This document shows, piece by piece, positions 30,128-41,295 of a DNA stretch of 64,000 nt (within the stretch, counting starts at the first letter, position 1; each line of letters opens with the position of its first letter). Origin of the DNA: Nibricoccus sp. (GTDB taxonomy: Bacteria; Verrucomicrobiota; Verrucomicrobiia; Opitutales; Opitutaceae); contig JASGHG010000001.1 of NCBI GenBank assembly GCA_047602425.1, positions 704,001 through 768,000 of the forward strand, given 5' to 3'. The notes beneath the pieces were generated by a model. It made no database searches. It saw only the letters and a list, made by a program, of their open reading frames with translations, and was not told the origin of the DNA. The position numbers and the translations under genes were made by a program.

Positions 30128-32392
30128 TCATACGATGTCTGGAAGCCCGTTGAGCAATTTGTCCAACGTAATGGGATAATCGCGGACGCGAACGCCCGTC
30201 GCGTTATAGACCGCATTGGCCACAGCGGCAGCCACACCGCAGATTCCGAGTTCGGCGATGCCTTTGGCTTTCATCGGCGACGAAATCGGATCGGTTTCGT
30301 CGAGGAAGATCACTTCTTGGTGCGGAATGTCCGCGTGCACGGGCACTTCGTAGGATGCAAGATCGTGATTAATAAAAAGGCCGTGGCGTTTGTCGACGAC
30401 GAGTCCTTCAGAAAGTGCCGCGCCTGCTCCCATCGTCATCGCTCCGATTACCTGGCTGCGCGCGGTCTTGGGATTGAGAATCCGGCCCGCCGCACAAACC
30501 GCGAGCATGCGGCGGATACGCGTTTCACCGGTAACAGCGTTCACTGCGACTTCCACGAAGTGGGCCCCGAACGTCGATTGCTGGTATTTTTTATCGAGAT
30601 CGCCGTATTCGATGCCGTCTTCTGCAACGAGACCCATGGGCCCTGCGGCTTCACCGAGCGGCACGCGGCGACCACCACTCGCGATATGACCGTCAGCGAA
30701 AGTCGTTTCCTTCGCCTCGAAGCCAAGCTTCTGCGCCATCGTTTCGCGCAACTTCATGCACGCCGCAAAGACGCCGGCGGTGGAATTATTGCCGCCAAAT
30801 TGTCCACCTGAACCGCATGACACCGGGAAATTGGAATCTCCCAGTTTCACCACAACCTGGCTCAGCGGAACGCCCATCGTCTCGGCCGCGGTCTGAGCAA
30901 TAATGGTATAGCTGCCCGTGCCGATGTCGGTCATATCGGTCTCAACCGTCACCACACCGCGATGATCGAGGCGTACGCGCGCCGCAGATTTCATGAGCAG
31001 GTTATTGCGGAACGCCGCCGCCATCCCCTGGCCGATTAGCGAGCGGTCTTCACGGATTTGCGCGGGCTTGGGATTTCTTTTGTTCCAAGCAAAGCGTTCG
31101 GCTCCAAGCCGCATACATTCGATGAACTGACGTTTTGAAAACGGCGGATGGGGATCGTGTTTCTCCTGCGATTTTTGTGCCTGCGGATCGTCGGAGCCGC
31201 CTTTGGCCGGATTGTCCGGAGCCACTTGTGTGTCGTTACGAATGCGAAACTCCACTGGATCGAGACCCAGTTTCTCGGCCATTTCGTCCATCGCGATTTC
31301 GAGCGCCATCATGCCCGATGCTTCACCGGGAGCGCGCATCGCGTTGCCTTCCGGCAAATCCATTTCGGCCAGCCGCATCGAAGTCATGCGGTGCTCGCCC
31401 GCATAGAGCAATCGGGTTTGATTAACGGCTGTCTCGACATCGCCGTCGGGTTGATCGCCCGACCAACTTTCGTGCGCGATGGCGGTGAGCTTGCCGTCCT
31501 TCGTCGCGCCAAGCCGGATGCGTTGAATCGTCGCCGGCCGATGCGTGGTGTTGTTCGCCATGAGCGGTCGTTGCAGGGCCACTTTTACGGGCCGGTGAAC
31601 TTCGCGCGCGGCCAGCGAGGCCAACAGCACGTCGGCACGCAGAAACAATTTACCGCCAAAGCCACCGCCAATGTAGGGCGAGATCAAACGTACCTTGTCT
31701 TTAGAGATACCGAGCGTTTTGGCTAGGTCGCCCACGCCCCAGGCGACCATTTGATTCGAGGTCCACACGGTCAGCTTGTCGCCTTCCCACTTCGCGATCG
31801 ATGCGTGCGGCTCCATCATCGCGTGCGATTGATCCGGTGTGGTGTAGGTCGCGTCAAACTTTACCTCAGCCGTGGCATAAGCTTTCGCAAAGTCACCCAC
31901 CGAAGAATCCGGCGGACCGCCGAAACCGGGCTTCGGCTTTGTGGCTCGATCCTTCTCAGCCGCAAGATCGAAGCGTCCTGTTTGGTGTTGGTACTTCACC
32001 CGCAAAAGCTGAGCAGCCGCACGCGCTTGCTCGAATGTCTCCGCCACGACCACGGCAATGGCTTGGTGATAATGATCGACATCGGGTCCGCCGAGAAGTT
32101 TGGCCGTGTTGCGGTCGCCTTTTTCGAGCTTGCCGGCGTTTTCCGCCGTGACGATCCCAAGTACACCCGGTGCAGCTTTGGCAGCGCTTTTGTCGATGGA
32201 GATGATGCGCCCTTTGGCAATCGCCGAACCGACTACATAGCCGTAGGCAATATTTGGGCCAATGTCATTGTTTTCGTAGGCATAGCGAGCGGTTCCAGTT
32301 GTCTTGAGCGGTCCGTCGATACGATCAACGGGTTGCCCCACGACCTTCAACTGATCGATCGGGTTCGTCGTGGCTGGCGCATCGAATTTCAT
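30128..32392 (-). CDS. paoC: Aldehyde oxidoreductase molybdenum-binding subunit (PaoC/YagR type)
   Basis: [47 protein letters not shown] overlap with paoB. Confidence 0.9.
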   Translation of the reverse strand: MKFDAPATTNPIDQLKVVGQPVDRIDGPLKTTGTARYAYENNDIGPNIAYGYVVGSAIAKGRIISIDKSAAKAAPGVLGIVTAENAGKLEKGDRNTAKLLGGPDVDHYHQAIAVVVAETFEQARAAAQLLRVKYQHQTGRFDLAAEKDRATKPKPGFGGPPDSSVGDFAKAYATAEVKFDATYTTPDQSHAMMEPHASIAKWEGDKLTVWTSNQMVAWGVGDLAKTLGISKDKVRLISPYIGGGFGGKLFLRADVLLASLAAREVHRPVKVALQRPLMANNTTHRPATIQRIRLGATKDGKLTAIAHESWSGDQPDGDVETAVNQTRLLYAGEHRMTSMRLAEMDLPEGNAMRAPGEASGMMALEIAMDEMAEKLGLDPVEFRIRNDTQVAPDNPAKGGSDDPQAQKSQEKHDPHPPFSKRQFIECMRLGAERFAWNKRNPKPAQIREDRSLIGQGMAAAFRNNLLMKSAARVRLDHRGVVTVETDMTDIGTGSYTIIAQTAAETMGVPLSQVVVKLGDSNFPVSCGSGGQFGGNNSTAGVFAACMKLRETMAQKLGFEAKETTFADGHIASGGRRVPLGEAAGPMGLVAEDGIEYGDLDKKYQQSTFGAHFVEVAVNAVTGETRIRRMLAVCAAGRILNPKTARSQVIGAMTMGAGAALSEGLVVDKRHGLFINHDLASYEVPVHADIPHQEVIFLDETDPISSPMKAKGIAELGICGVAAAVANAVYNATGVRVRDYPITLDKLLNGLPDIV

Positions 32393-33348
32393 ACGCTCGC
32401 TCCTTTTGCATCGGCCAAGACGGCGGCGATGAGACGCTCCGCCAATTTCAGTTTGAAGGCGTTTTGCTCCGTCGGCTTCGCGCCGGCAAATAAACGCGCC
32501 GCCACGGCCTGCGCGCCTTTCGGCATTTCCGCTTCGGCCGCTTCGACGCGCCATGGTTTGTGCGCCACTCCACCCAACGCAATCCGTCCGGTGCCGTCCC
32601 GCTGCACGATCGCGGCAACCGAAACCAATGCAAAGGCGTACGACGCGCGATCCCGCACTTTCTGGTAAAACTGCGCGCCATCGACAGGCGGCGGCAATGT
32701 CACGGCGGTAATAAGTTCGCCCGGTGCGAGGTTCGTGTCGAGATGAGGCTTGTCTCCGGGTAATCGGTGAAAGTCGGCAATCGGAATCTTCCGCGCGGCG
32801 CCGTTAGGTTGAATTGTTTCCACCGTTGCATCGAGCACGCGCAATGCGACCGCCATGTCGCTCGGATGTGTCGCAATACATGCATCGCTCACGCCGATCA
32901 CCGCATGTTGCCGGCTAAATCCGTCGATCGCGCCACAACCGCTGCCCGGTGTGCGTTTGTTGCATGGCAAATTGGTGTCGTAAAAATACGGACAACGCGT
33001 TCGTTGCAGAAGATTTCCCGCCGTGGTCGCCATATTGCGCAATTGTCCGCTGGCGCCCGCCACCAACGCGCGTGAAAGGACGCTGTAATCGCGCCGCACG
33101 CGTTCGTCAGCAGCGAGGTCGGTGTTGCGAACGAGCGCGCCAATGCGCAAGCCGCCTTCGGACGTCGGCTCAATTTTGTCGAGGCCAAGGCCGTTCACGT
33201 CGACCAGATGCTCCGGCGTCTCTATCTCGAGTTTCATTAGGTCCAGGAGATTGGTTCCGCCCGCGACGAATTTCGCTCCCGGTTTGCGCGCTGCCGCTGC
33301 CGCGGCTTCGGCGGGCGTGTGCGCGCGTTCGAACGTGAAGGGTCTCAT
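32389..33348 (-). CDS. paoB: Aldehyde oxidoreductase FAD subunit (PaoB/YagS type)
   Basis: [30 protein letters not shown], four-Cys Fe-S insert, [11 protein letters not shown]. Confidence 0.9.
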   Translation of the reverse strand: MRPFTFERAHTPAEAAAAAARKPGAKFVAGGTNLLDLMKLEIETPEHLVDVNGLGLDKIEPTSEGGLRIGALVRNTDLAADERVRRDYSVLSRALVAGASGQLRNMATTAGNLLQRTRCPYFYDTNLPCNKRTPGSGCGAIDGFSRQHAVIGVSDACIATHPSDMAVALRVLDATVETIQPNGAARKIPIADFHRLPGDKPHLDTNLAPGELITAVTLPPPVDGAQFYQKVRDRASYAFALVSVAAIVQRDGTGRIALGGVAHKPWRVEAAEAEMPKGAQAVAARLFAGAKPTEQNAFKLKLAERLIAAVLADAKGASV

Positions 33349-34004
33349 GTGGGTCGCCCTCCCACTTCTTTGATGGCTTCGAAAATATTGGAGTACGCGC
33401 CGCAGCGACAAATATTGCCGCTCATGCGTTCCCGAACCTCTGTTTCGCTCCAAACCGGCGGCGTCGTCAGGTCGGCCGTTGCATGGCTAGGAATGCCCGC
33501 TTTGATTTCGTCGAGCATTGCCACGGCGGAACAAATTTGGCCCGAGGTACAATAGCCACATTGATAGCCGTCGCACTTCACGAATGCAGCTTGCAACGGG
33601 TGTAGTTTTTCGGGCGTGCCCAGTCCTTCGATCGTCGTGATCTGCGCGCCGTGCTGCATCGCCGCGAGCGTGAGACACGAGTTGATACGACGCCCGTTGG
33701 CGATGACCGTGCACGCGCCGCATTGGCCATGGTCGCAGCCTTTCTTGCTGCCCGTGAGATGGAGGTGTTCGCGCAGCGCATCGAGCAATGTCGTGCGCGT
33801 GTCGAGCTCGAGTTCGCGGAGAGCTCCGTTTACCGTGAATGCAACTTTCATGAGGGTCGGCGCAACCGCTTCCGGAGTCGAAGCTGCGCCATAGCTGCGC
33901 GGCAACATCGCGAGAGCAGCGACCGCCGAACCCGCGATTAAGAACTCGCGACGGGTCAGCCCGCCTTGCTCCCGATCCATTTCAAAATCGCCAAATTCGT
34001 TCAT
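33345..34004 (-). CDS. paoA: Aldehyde oxidoreductase 2Fe-2S subunit with Tat signal (PaoA/YagT type)
   Basis: TRREFL Tat motif, [24 protein letters not shown]. Confidence 0.9.
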   Translation of the reverse strand: MNEFGDFEMDREQGGLTRREFLIAGSAVAALAMLPRSYGAASTPEAVAPTLMKVAFTVNGALRELELDTRTTLLDALREHLHLTGSKKGCDHGQCGACTVIANGRRINSCLTLAAMQHGAQITTIEGLGTPEKLHPLQAAFVKCDGYQCGYCTSGQICSAVAMLDEIKAGIPSHATADLTTPPVWSETEVRERMSGNICRCGAYSNIFEAIKEVGGRPT

Positions 34005-34317
34005 ATTCTCGGCCCGTTGTGCGCTCGCCGATACTCGGTCATTCGGCTTCCCTACGCCATCGGTCATCTTACCGTACCGCTCGTGGGGAATTGAGAACGG
34101 CACACTCCAAGTTGGGCCTAATCACGAGGCCAACACGGAAGGATGAAAATCCACAACTGAGCGGCGGGGATTTGGCGGATCGTGAGAGGAGTTTTCCAAT
34201 CAGGCTTCCTTCTGAACTACATAACATATGCTTCTGCCAATTAGTTATTGCATCAGTTTTGCTAATCATCAGATTCCGCAAAAAGTTTCTTTTTGAACCC
34301 CGCTTTACATTCCAAAA

Positions 34318-34911
34318 ATGGTTTCCCCGAACGGTCTTTTGTCAGGTTATTTTGAGATTCGCTGGCATGGACGCGGCGGCCAAGGAGCCGTCACCGGTGC
34401 AAAGTCTCTCGCCGAGTGCGTGCAGGGCACCGGCCGCAACGTCGTGGCGTTTCCCGAATACGGGCCCGAACGCCGCGGTGCGCCGGTCAAAGCCTTCAAT
34501 CGTTTTTGCGCCAAATATATTCGTATCCACACACCGGTTACAACGCCGGACGTGATCATCGTAATTGATGCGACATTGCTGCCGCTTCCAGCCATCAAGG
34601 ACGGCGCTCGTGAACACACTATTTTTTTGGTCAATATTGAAAAGACTCCCGATCAGGTTCGAGAAATCCTGGGACTCGAAAACCGCGTGGTGACCGTCGC
34701 GGCCAATCGTATCTCGCATAAATTGTTCAAGCGCGAGATTCCCAATTCCACCATGCTCGGTGCCTTCGCAAAAGTGGCGCCGCAAATTATCGGTCTCGAC
34801 CAGCTGAAACACGAGGCGACGCATGTGTTTTCCGAACTGTTGGGTGCAGATCTTGTGGAGAAAAATTTGCAGGCAATCCAGCAGGGGCACGATCTCTGCC
34901 ACGTCGGTTAA
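34318..34911 (+). CDS. porC: Pyruvate:ferredoxin oxidoreductase gamma subunit
   Basis: EIRWHGRGGQGAVT, YGPERRGAPV, PNS.MLGA. Confidence 0.9.
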   Translation: MVSPNGLLSGYFEIRWHGRGGQGAVTGAKSLAECVQGTGRNVVAFPEYGPERRGAPVKAFNRFCAKYIRIHTPVTTPDVIIVIDATLLPLPAIKDGAREHTIFLVNIEKTPDQVREILGLENRVVTVAANRISHKLFKREIPNSTMLGAFAKVAPQIIGLDQLKHEATHVFSELLGADLVEKNLQAIQQGHDLCHVG

Positions 34912-34919
34912 GGAACAAT

Positions 34920-35249
34920 ATGAGCACTCTTAAAACCTGGCAGGAACTTCCCCTCGGTGGAGTCATTCTGGAAGCGGGCAGCGCCGCGAAATATGAAACC
35001 GGCACGTGGCGCACGTGGAAGCCAATCACGCATCGCGAATATTGCACGCATTGCCTCAAGTGCTGGGAGTTTTGCCCGGAGGACGCGATAAAATTGGAAG
35101 ATGGTTTCGATGGTTCGGGTGCTCCACGAAAATTCGTGAAGGAGATAAATTATTTCCATTGCAAGGGCTGTGGTCTTTGCGTCCGCGAGTGCCCGGTTAA
35201 CAAGGAAGGCAAGGTCAAGGCACTGGAATCAATTCGCGACGAGGTCTGA
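34920..35249 (+). CDS. porD: Pyruvate:ferredoxin oxidoreductase delta subunit (2x[4Fe-4S])
   Basis: TG.WR..KP, CxxCxxCxxxCP twice. Confidence 0.9.
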   Translation: MSTLKTWQELPLGGVILEAGSAAKYETGTWRTWKPITHREYCTHCLKCWEFCPEDAIKLEDGFDGSGAPRKFVKEINYFHCKGCGLCVRECPVNKEGKVKALESIRDEV

Positions 35250-35250
35250 C

Positions 35251-36465
35251 ATGAAAACCATTTCCGCTGGAAAACCCAAGATCGTCCCCATCACGGGAGC
35301 GGGCGCGTGCGCCCAAGCCATGCGCCAGATCAATCCCGATGTGGTCGCCGCGTTTCCCATCACGCCGTCCACTCAAGTCGTGGAAGACTTCTCGGCTTTT
35401 GTCGCTAACGGCCAGGTTGACACCGAGTTCGTCACGGTGGAATCCGAGCACTCGGCCATGAGCGCTTGCATCGGCGCCAGCGCCGCCGGCGGCCGCGTGA
35501 TGACCGCAACGAGTTCCGCCGGCATGGCCTACATGTGGGAGTTGCTCTATGTCGCCGCCTCCATGCGCCAGCCTGTACTCATGACATTGGTGAACCGCGC
35601 GCTCACCGGGCCGATCAATATTCATTGCGACCATAGCGACTCGATGGGCGCCCGCGATGCTGGCTGGATCCAGCTTTACAGCGAGAACAACCAGGAAGCC
35701 TACGATAATCTCGTCATGGCGGCCCGCATCGCCGAACACCCGGACGTCCGCCTGCCCCTCATGGTTTGCCAGGACGGCTTTATAACCAGTCACTCCATCC
35801 AAACGATGCAGTTGGAGGACGATAAGGCCGTGCGCGCTTTTGTTGGACCGCACAAGCCTTACCATAGCATTCTAGACACAGACAAACCCGTCACTTGGGG
35901 CGCGCTGGATCTCCAGGATTACTACATCGAACACAAACGCGGCCAGGAGCAGGGCATGCGGAATGCCCTGCGTGTGATTCAGGAAGTCTCGGACGACTTC
36001 GCGAAAACCTTCGGACGCCAGTACGGATTATTTGAGGGCTATCAATTGGAAGATGCTGAAATCGTACTCGTCGCCATCAGTTCTTCGGCCGGTGAAATCA
36101 AGGAAGTCATCGACGAGATGCGCACCAAAGGCGAGAAAGTCGGTCTGCTGAAGATTCGCAGTTTCCGCCCTTTTCCCTATGTCGAAATCGCCAAGGCACT
36201 GTCCAACGCCAGCATCGTCACTGTGTTGGACCGCAGCGCAAGTTTCGGCGCCCACGGACCGCTTTTCACCGAAATCACCACGGCGGTCTACAATTATTCT
36301 GCAAACCGCCCGCTCCTGTTGGGCCACACTTTCGGTCTCGGCGGACGCGAACTGACCTTGCGTCACATCGAGCATATCATCAGCGAGAGCCGCATCTGCC
36401 TCGACAAAGGCGCGGTCGGCAACCGCCAGGGACTTTGGGTCAACGTGCGGGGGGACAAACTATGA
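35251..36465 (+). CDS. porA: Pyruvate:ferredoxin oxidoreductase alpha subunit
   Basis: AAFPITPST, VESEHSAMS, NRAL..P.NIH.DH.D, DGF..SH, FRPFP, GLGGR. Confidence 0.92.
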   Translation: MKTISAGKPKIVPITGAGACAQAMRQINPDVVAAFPITPSTQVVEDFSAFVANGQVDTEFVTVESEHSAMSACIGASAAGGRVMTATSSAGMAYMWELLYVAASMRQPVLMTLVNRALTGPINIHCDHSDSMGARDAGWIQLYSENNQEAYDNLVMAARIAEHPDVRLPLMVCQDGFITSHSIQTMQLEDDKAVRAFVGPHKPYHSILDTDKPVTWGALDLQDYYIEHKRGQEQGMRNALRVIQEVSDDFAKTFGRQYGLFEGYQLEDAEIVLVAISSSAGEIKEVIDEMRTKGEKVGLLKIRSFRPFPYVEIAKALSNASIVTVLDRSASFGAHGPLFTEITTAVYNYSANRPLLLGHTFGLGGRELTLRHIEHIISESRICLDKGAVGNRQGLWVNVRGDKL

Positions 36466-37418
36466 TCGCGACCAACACCAAGCTGGCCGAACTATCTCCT
36501 GAGACCAAACTCATGTGCGAGCGCCCCGGAACCTTTTCCGGCGGTCACCGCATGTGCGCGGGCTGCCCCACCGGCATTTTCACCAAAATGCTCACGCGCG
36601 TTTCCGACGAGTACGAGATTGTCGCCGGTAACGCCACGGGTTGCCTGGAGGTCGCGAGTTCCATTTTCCCCTATTCCAGCTGGCAGATTCCGTGGATCCA
36701 CACCGCCTTCGAAAACGCCAGCGCGATGATGAGCGGCGTCGAGGCTTGCTACAAATCGCTGGTTCGGCAGGGCAAGCTTCGCAAGAAACTCAAATTTGTC
36801 GTCATGGGCGGCGACGGCGGCACCTACGATATCGGACTCCAATCGCTGTCCGGCGCGATGGAACGCGGCCACGATCTTACTTATATCTGCTACGACAACG
36901 GCGCCTACATGAACACGGGCGTGCAACGTTCCTCAGCGACACCGCTCGGCGCAGCGACGACCACCACGCCGGTCGGTCGCGAATCATATGGACGCAAGGG
37001 TAACCGCAAGGATCTCACGAAGATCATGCTTGCCCACAACCTGGGCTACGTCGCGCAGGCCAGCATCCACGACATCGGCGATCTTTTCCGCAAGCTGAAG
37101 AAAGCCATCGACCACGACGGTCCTTCCTTCATCAATCTGCTCAGCCCTTGCATTCCTGGCTGGAAAATCGATGCCGACATGGCGGTGGAATCCGCGCGCC
37201 TCGGCGTAGATTGCAACTTCTGGCCCTTGTTCGAAGTCGAACAAGGCAAGTTCACGATCAACTATCGTCCGCGTGTCGTGAAGCCCGCTTCCGAGTGGGT
37301 CATGTCACAAGGCCGTTTCAAACATCTCAAAAAGCACCCTGAAGTCATCGCTGCCTTCCAAGCCGAAATCGACAAACAGTGGGCTTGGCTGCAAATGGAA
37401 GAAGCTCGGACAAAGTAA
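36462..37418 (+). CDS. porB: Pyruvate:ferredoxin oxidoreductase beta subunit (TPP-binding)
   Basis: GH..CAGC, ATGCLEV, GGDGG..DIG, DN.AYMNTG.QRS, SPC..GW, QGRFKH. Confidence 0.92.
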   Translation: MIATNTKLAELSPETKLMCERPGTFSGGHRMCAGCPTGIFTKMLTRVSDEYEIVAGNATGCLEVASSIFPYSSWQIPWIHTAFENASAMMSGVEACYKSLVRQGKLRKKLKFVVMGGDGGTYDIGLQSLSGAMERGHDLTYICYDNGAYMNTGVQRSSATPLGAATTTTPVGRESYGRKGNRKDLTKIMLAHNLGYVAQASIHDIGDLFRKLKKAIDHDGPSFINLLSPCIPGWKIDADMAVESARLGVDCNFWPLFEVEQGKFTINYRPRVVKPASEWVMSQGRFKHLKKHPEVIAAFQAEIDKQWAWLQMEEARTK

Positions 37419-37475
37419 CCCTCCGACGCAACCAGCACATCAGTAGCCTTCAATTGTCCAGGAAAGATCGTGGCA

Positions 37476-38444
37476 TTACTCCGTGCGTTTCGCCCAGCGT
37501 CCGGCGAGCACACCGCAGATCAACAGTTGCAGCGGATGATAGATCATGATTGGCAGCAGAATCATGCTCAACGCCGGATGCGCGCCGAACATCAATTTCG
37601 CCATCGGCACGCCCGAGGCCAAGGTTTTCTTCGAGCCGCAGAACACGGCGGCGATTCGATCCTCGGCGGTAAAGCCCATTGCCACGCAAACGCCGTATAC
37701 AATCGCCATCACTAAAACAAATATCAGCAGTGAACCCACAAATCCTATCATCGGCGCGGCCAGCCCGTGTCCGGACCAGATGCCGCCCACAAAGGAATCG
37801 CAAAAAGAGGTGTAGACGAGCAGCAGAATCGTCGAGCGGTCGACTTTGTTGATCAGGTTTTTGTTTCGCCCCGCCCATGCGCCCAGTAAGGGACGCGCGA
37901 GTTGGCCAATGGCCAGAGGCAGGACGAGCCAGCAGACGAGATCGAGAATCACTTTGCCCACCGGAAGCGATGCACCGCCGCCCGTCTTAACCAACGCTCC
38001 CATCCAAAGCGGTGTCAAAAAGACGCCCAGCAGGCTCGACAACGTGGCGTTGAATACGGCCGCCGGGACATTGCCGCGCGCCGCCGCGGTCATCGCGACC
38101 GATGACGATACCGTCGAGGGCAGCGCGCATAAATAGAGGAAACCCAGCCGCAAATCCGGGGAAACCAGATCGCCCGCGAGCCAGAGCAGCCCAAGCCCTA
38201 ACAAAGGGAAAAGCCCAAATGTGCATGCTTGGACCACGAGGTGCAGCCGCCAGCGCAACGTGCCGGCTTTGAGCGCGGCGAACGACAGCGCCAGCCCATG
38301 CAGAAAGAAAATCAGCGCCACCCCACCCTTCGTCAGGATTTCGGGATGCAGCCACCCGCCGGCTGCGCCAGGTGCGGGAAAAGCCCACGCCAAAATCACG
38401 GCTAAAACCATGCCCGTGAGAAACCAATCAGGACGCCATTTCAT
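37476..38444 (-). CDS. Bile acid:sodium symporter-like (YfeH/SBF-like) transporter
   Basis: IFFLHGL, LPSTVSS, ARGNV..A.FN, CGSKKTLASG.PM, YHPLQL. Confidence 0.85.
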   Translation of the reverse strand: MKWRPDWFLTGMVLAVILAWAFPAPGAAGGWLHPEILTKGGVALIFFLHGLALSFAALKAGTLRWRLHLVVQACTFGLFPLLGLGLLWLAGDLVSPDLRLGFLYLCALPSTVSSSVAMTAAARGNVPAAVFNATLSSLLGVFLTPLWMGALVKTGGGASLPVGKVILDLVCWLVLPLAIGQLARPLLGAWAGRNKNLINKVDRSTILLLVYTSFCDSFVGGIWSGHGLAAPMIGFVGSLLIFVLVMAIVYGVCVAMGFTAEDRIAAVFCGSKKTLASGVPMAKLMFGAHPALSMILLPIMIYHPLQLLICGVLAGRWAKRTE

Positions 38445-38454
38445 CGCTCGGCCC

Positions 38455-40038
38455 TCAGGTACGCCGTCCCCGAAATCTATTCAGCAACGCCGCCACTTCG
38501 TCGCGTCCCTCGATGCGCAGCGTCCATAGTAACGCACCGTAAACCGCCACGCCAGCCACCACTAAAACCGCGACCGCAACGCCATCCGTCAATTTTGAAA
38601 CCGCAAATGTGTGCCCAGCCCACCACCAACCAGCACCCACCACCAAGCCCATGACCGAACTGGCCAGGACAATCTTTCCGAGATCGCCCAGCAAATGGCG
38701 AAACGCGAGTTGCGGCGTCCTGCGCGCCAGTTTCGCCTGAAGGTAAACAGCCTGGACCACAATCGCAACGTTGCCTGCCACCGCCAGACCGACAATCGAA
38801 AGCGGCCCCATCAAAGCGAAGCTCAGCACCACGTTGACGATGAAACTCAAAATTGCGGCTTTCACCGGCGTCTGCGTGTCCTTTTGCGCGTAGAAAGCGC
38901 GCAGGGCCAGATTCACGAAGGAGAAGAGCGGCAGGCCCAAGGCATAAACCGCCAGTACCGGAATCATCAACCGCGTGTCGCTCGCGTGAAATTTCCCGTG
39001 TTGGAAAAACATTCTAATGATCGGTTCGGCAAGCAGAGTCAGCCCGACCGCCGCCGGGATGTTGATCATGAGAATAAATCGCATGCCCTTGCGATAGGCG
39101 TCGCCCATTTGATCCATTTCGCCGCGTGCAGCATGGCGCACGATGAGGGGGAAAACCACGGTCGAAACGGCGATCGCGAAAACGCCAATCGGAAGTTCCA
39201 TCAGGCGCGTCGCGTAGTTGAGCACGGATACAGCAGCATCGTTCAACGATAACCCGATGAAACGCGAAACCGTCATATTGATCAGATAAACCGCCGAGCC
39301 TAGCACGGTCGGTCCCATCAACCGTGCCACCGCGCGGACCGGTTCGCTCCAACTCAAATCGAAGCGCGGACGCCAACCCTCGCAGGCCAGCGCCCAGGCC
39401 GGCACCGACATCTGAAAAAAACCGCCGAGCAGCACGCCAATGCAAAACCAATTCATTTTGGCCGTGTCGGTTCCACCCGACCAGGCTCCGGCAAGGAGCA
39501 AACCGATCATCGAAAGGTTCAGCCAGATTGGCGAAAGTGCTGGCTCTAGAAAACGGTTAAAGGTCTGCAACGCCGCACTGAAAACCGCCGCAAGGCAGAC
39601 AAACACGAGATAAGGAAAAAGTACGACTGCGAGTTTTGCGGCCAGCAGCCAGCGACCGATCGTGTCGTTGTCCGCTCCAAAACTTTGCCCGATTGCTGCA
39701 ATTAATTCCCGCTGACTGAGGAGAAGCATCGCGACCAGCACGAGCGTTCCTGAAACAACAAGGAGCCAGCTTGCCACCTGACTGATCAGCGTGAAAGCGC
39801 CTGCGCGTTGGCGCTGTTCAAGTTCGTCATTGAGCGTTGGTACGAAGGCCGCAGTCATTCCGCCTTCCGCGAGCAAACGTCGGAAAAGGTTCGGCAGTTG
39901 AAAAGCCGTGGCATACGCCGACGCCAAAGCGCTCGTGCCGAAAACCGCTGCGGTCAATGTCTCGCGCACAAGCCCGAGCACCCGCGAAATCATGGTGGCG
40001 GCGGATACGACGCTAATGTTTTTTAGGCTCTTCGACAC
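38455..40038 (-). CDS. murJ: Lipid II flippase MurJ (MviN)
   Basis: SRVLGLVRE, AFQLPNLFRRL.AEG..AAFVP, RLMELP.G, FYA..DT.TP; GTG start at 40038. Confidence 0.95.
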   Translation of the reverse strand: MSKSLKNISVVSAATMISRVLGLVRETLTAAVFGTSALASAYATAFQLPNLFRRLLAEGGMTAAFVPTLNDELEQRQRAGAFTLISQVASWLLVVSGTLVLVAMLLLSQRELIAAIGQSFGADNDTIGRWLLAAKLAVVLFPYLVFVCLAAVFSAALQTFNRFLEPALSPIWLNLSMIGLLLAGAWSGGTDTAKMNWFCIGVLLGGFFQMSVPAWALACEGWRPRFDLSWSEPVRAVARLMGPTVLGSAVYLINMTVSRFIGLSLNDAAVSVLNYATRLMELPIGVFAIAVSTVVFPLIVRHAARGEMDQMGDAYRKGMRFILMINIPAAVGLTLLAEPIIRMFFQHGKFHASDTRLMIPVLAVYALGLPLFSFVNLALRAFYAQKDTQTPVKAAILSFIVNVVLSFALMGPLSIVGLAVAGNVAIVVQAVYLQAKLARRTPQLAFRHLLGDLGKIVLASSVMGLVVGAGWWWAGHTFAVSKLTDGVAVAVLVVAGVAVYGALLWTLRIEGRDEVAALLNRFRGRRT

Positions 40039-40191
40039 ACAATTGGTTTTCGGGTCGGGCGCAGGCCTTAGCAAGTAACAAGTTGTTGGGTTTAACGGGA
40101 ACCAGCCGGCTTCCGCCTGTCTGATAGAGGCGCTCGTCATCATGCGACCGGCATTGACGCTGCACATCTTTAACCGCACTTTATCCGCTCC

Positions 40192-41223
40192 ATGTCCATC
40201 GTCCCGAAACTTGTCGAAAGACTCCAGCGCCACCCCAAGCGCATCGTTTTTCCCGAAGGGGCCGATCCGCGCATCCTTCAGGCCGCCCGACAATGGGTCA
40301 CGCGTCGCATGGGCGCACCCATCCTCCTTGGCGACCGTTCCATCATCAAAGCCACCGCCGCACGCCTCGACATCAATCTCCAGGGCATGCGCATCATCGA
40401 ACCCGAGCGCAGCGAGGAATTCGAAGGCTTCGTGAAACAGTTCGAGGAGCTTCGCCGCGAAAAAGGCATCACCGCCGTCGAGGCGCGCGACAGCGTTCGT
40501 GACACGAATTATTTCGCCACGCTCATGCTGGCCAACAGCCAGGCAGACGCCATGGTCGCCGGCGCCACGCGCACCACGTCGAGCGCCCTCCGTCCCCTCT
40601 TTCAAATCATTCCCAGACAGCCCGGCGCCCAGACCGCTTCGTCGCTCATGATCATTGATTTTGATGAGAAAAAAGTCGGCAGCGATGGCACCCTCTTTTT
40701 CGCCGATTGCGGCGTCATTCCCGAACCAACCACCGAACAACTCGCCGATATTGCCGTGACCACCGCGACGGTCGCCCGCCATCTGACCGGCGAAACACCG
40801 CGTGTGGCCCTCCTCAGTTGGGCCTCGAAGAGCAACTCAAACCATCCTTCGCTCCTAAAAATGCGCACCGCGACAGAACTTGCCCGCGCACGCGCCAAGG
40901 CCGTTTCGCTCGAAGCCGAGATCGATGGCGAATTGCAGGTCGACGCCGCCTTCGATCCCTCAGCCGCCGAGATGAAAAAAGTCGCCGGCCCCGTCGGAGG
41001 AAAAGCCAACGTGCTGATTTTCCCCGATCTCGCCAGCGGCAACATCGCCTTCAAACTTGTCCATCTGCTCGCCGGCGCGAACTGCTTTGGGCAAATCGTT
41101 ACCGGCCTCACGAGGCCTGCCGCCGAGATCAGCCGCGGTTCCAGCGCGCACGACGTTTTTGGCGCCGCCGCCATCGTCGGCTGCCAGGCCATCGACCGCC
41201 GCCTGCTCTACGGCACCATGTAA
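40192..41223 (+). CDS. pta: Phosphate acetyl/acyltransferase, catalytic domain only
   Basis: RIVFPEG.D.R, FADC, DGELQ.DAA, ANVLIFPDL.SGNI, SRG.S..D. Confidence 0.85.
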   Translation: MSIVPKLVERLQRHPKRIVFPEGADPRILQAARQWVTRRMGAPILLGDRSIIKATAARLDINLQGMRIIEPERSEEFEGFVKQFEELRREKGITAVEARDSVRDTNYFATLMLANSQADAMVAGATRTTSSALRPLFQIIPRQPGAQTASSLMIIDFDEKKVGSDGTLFFADCGVIPEPTTEQLADIAVTTATVARHLTGETPRVALLSWASKSNSNHPSLLKMRTATELARARAKAVSLEAEIDGELQVDAAFDPSAAEMKKVAGPVGGKANVLIFPDLASGNIAFKLVHLLAGANCFGQIVTGLTRPAAEISRGSSAHDVFGAAAIVGCQAIDRRLLYGTM

Positions 41224-41295
41224 CAACCGATCTCGCGCTCGTAAAACTCAGCGCACGTCGGCCAGTTCGGCACTCTTCAAGCTTCCTCCTTCGAC

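Noticed and set aside
34248..34263. TTGCATC-N4-TTGCT upstream of porC as a sigma-54 promoter
   Set aside because: The invariant GG at -24 is missing.
34005..34317. Possible Moco riboswitch or FNR site between paoA and porC
   Set aside because: No convincing match seen.
40039..40782. Apparent N-terminal extension (about 250 aa) or fusion on murJ
   Set aside because: Mostly antisense to pta; MurJ similarity starts at GTG 40038.
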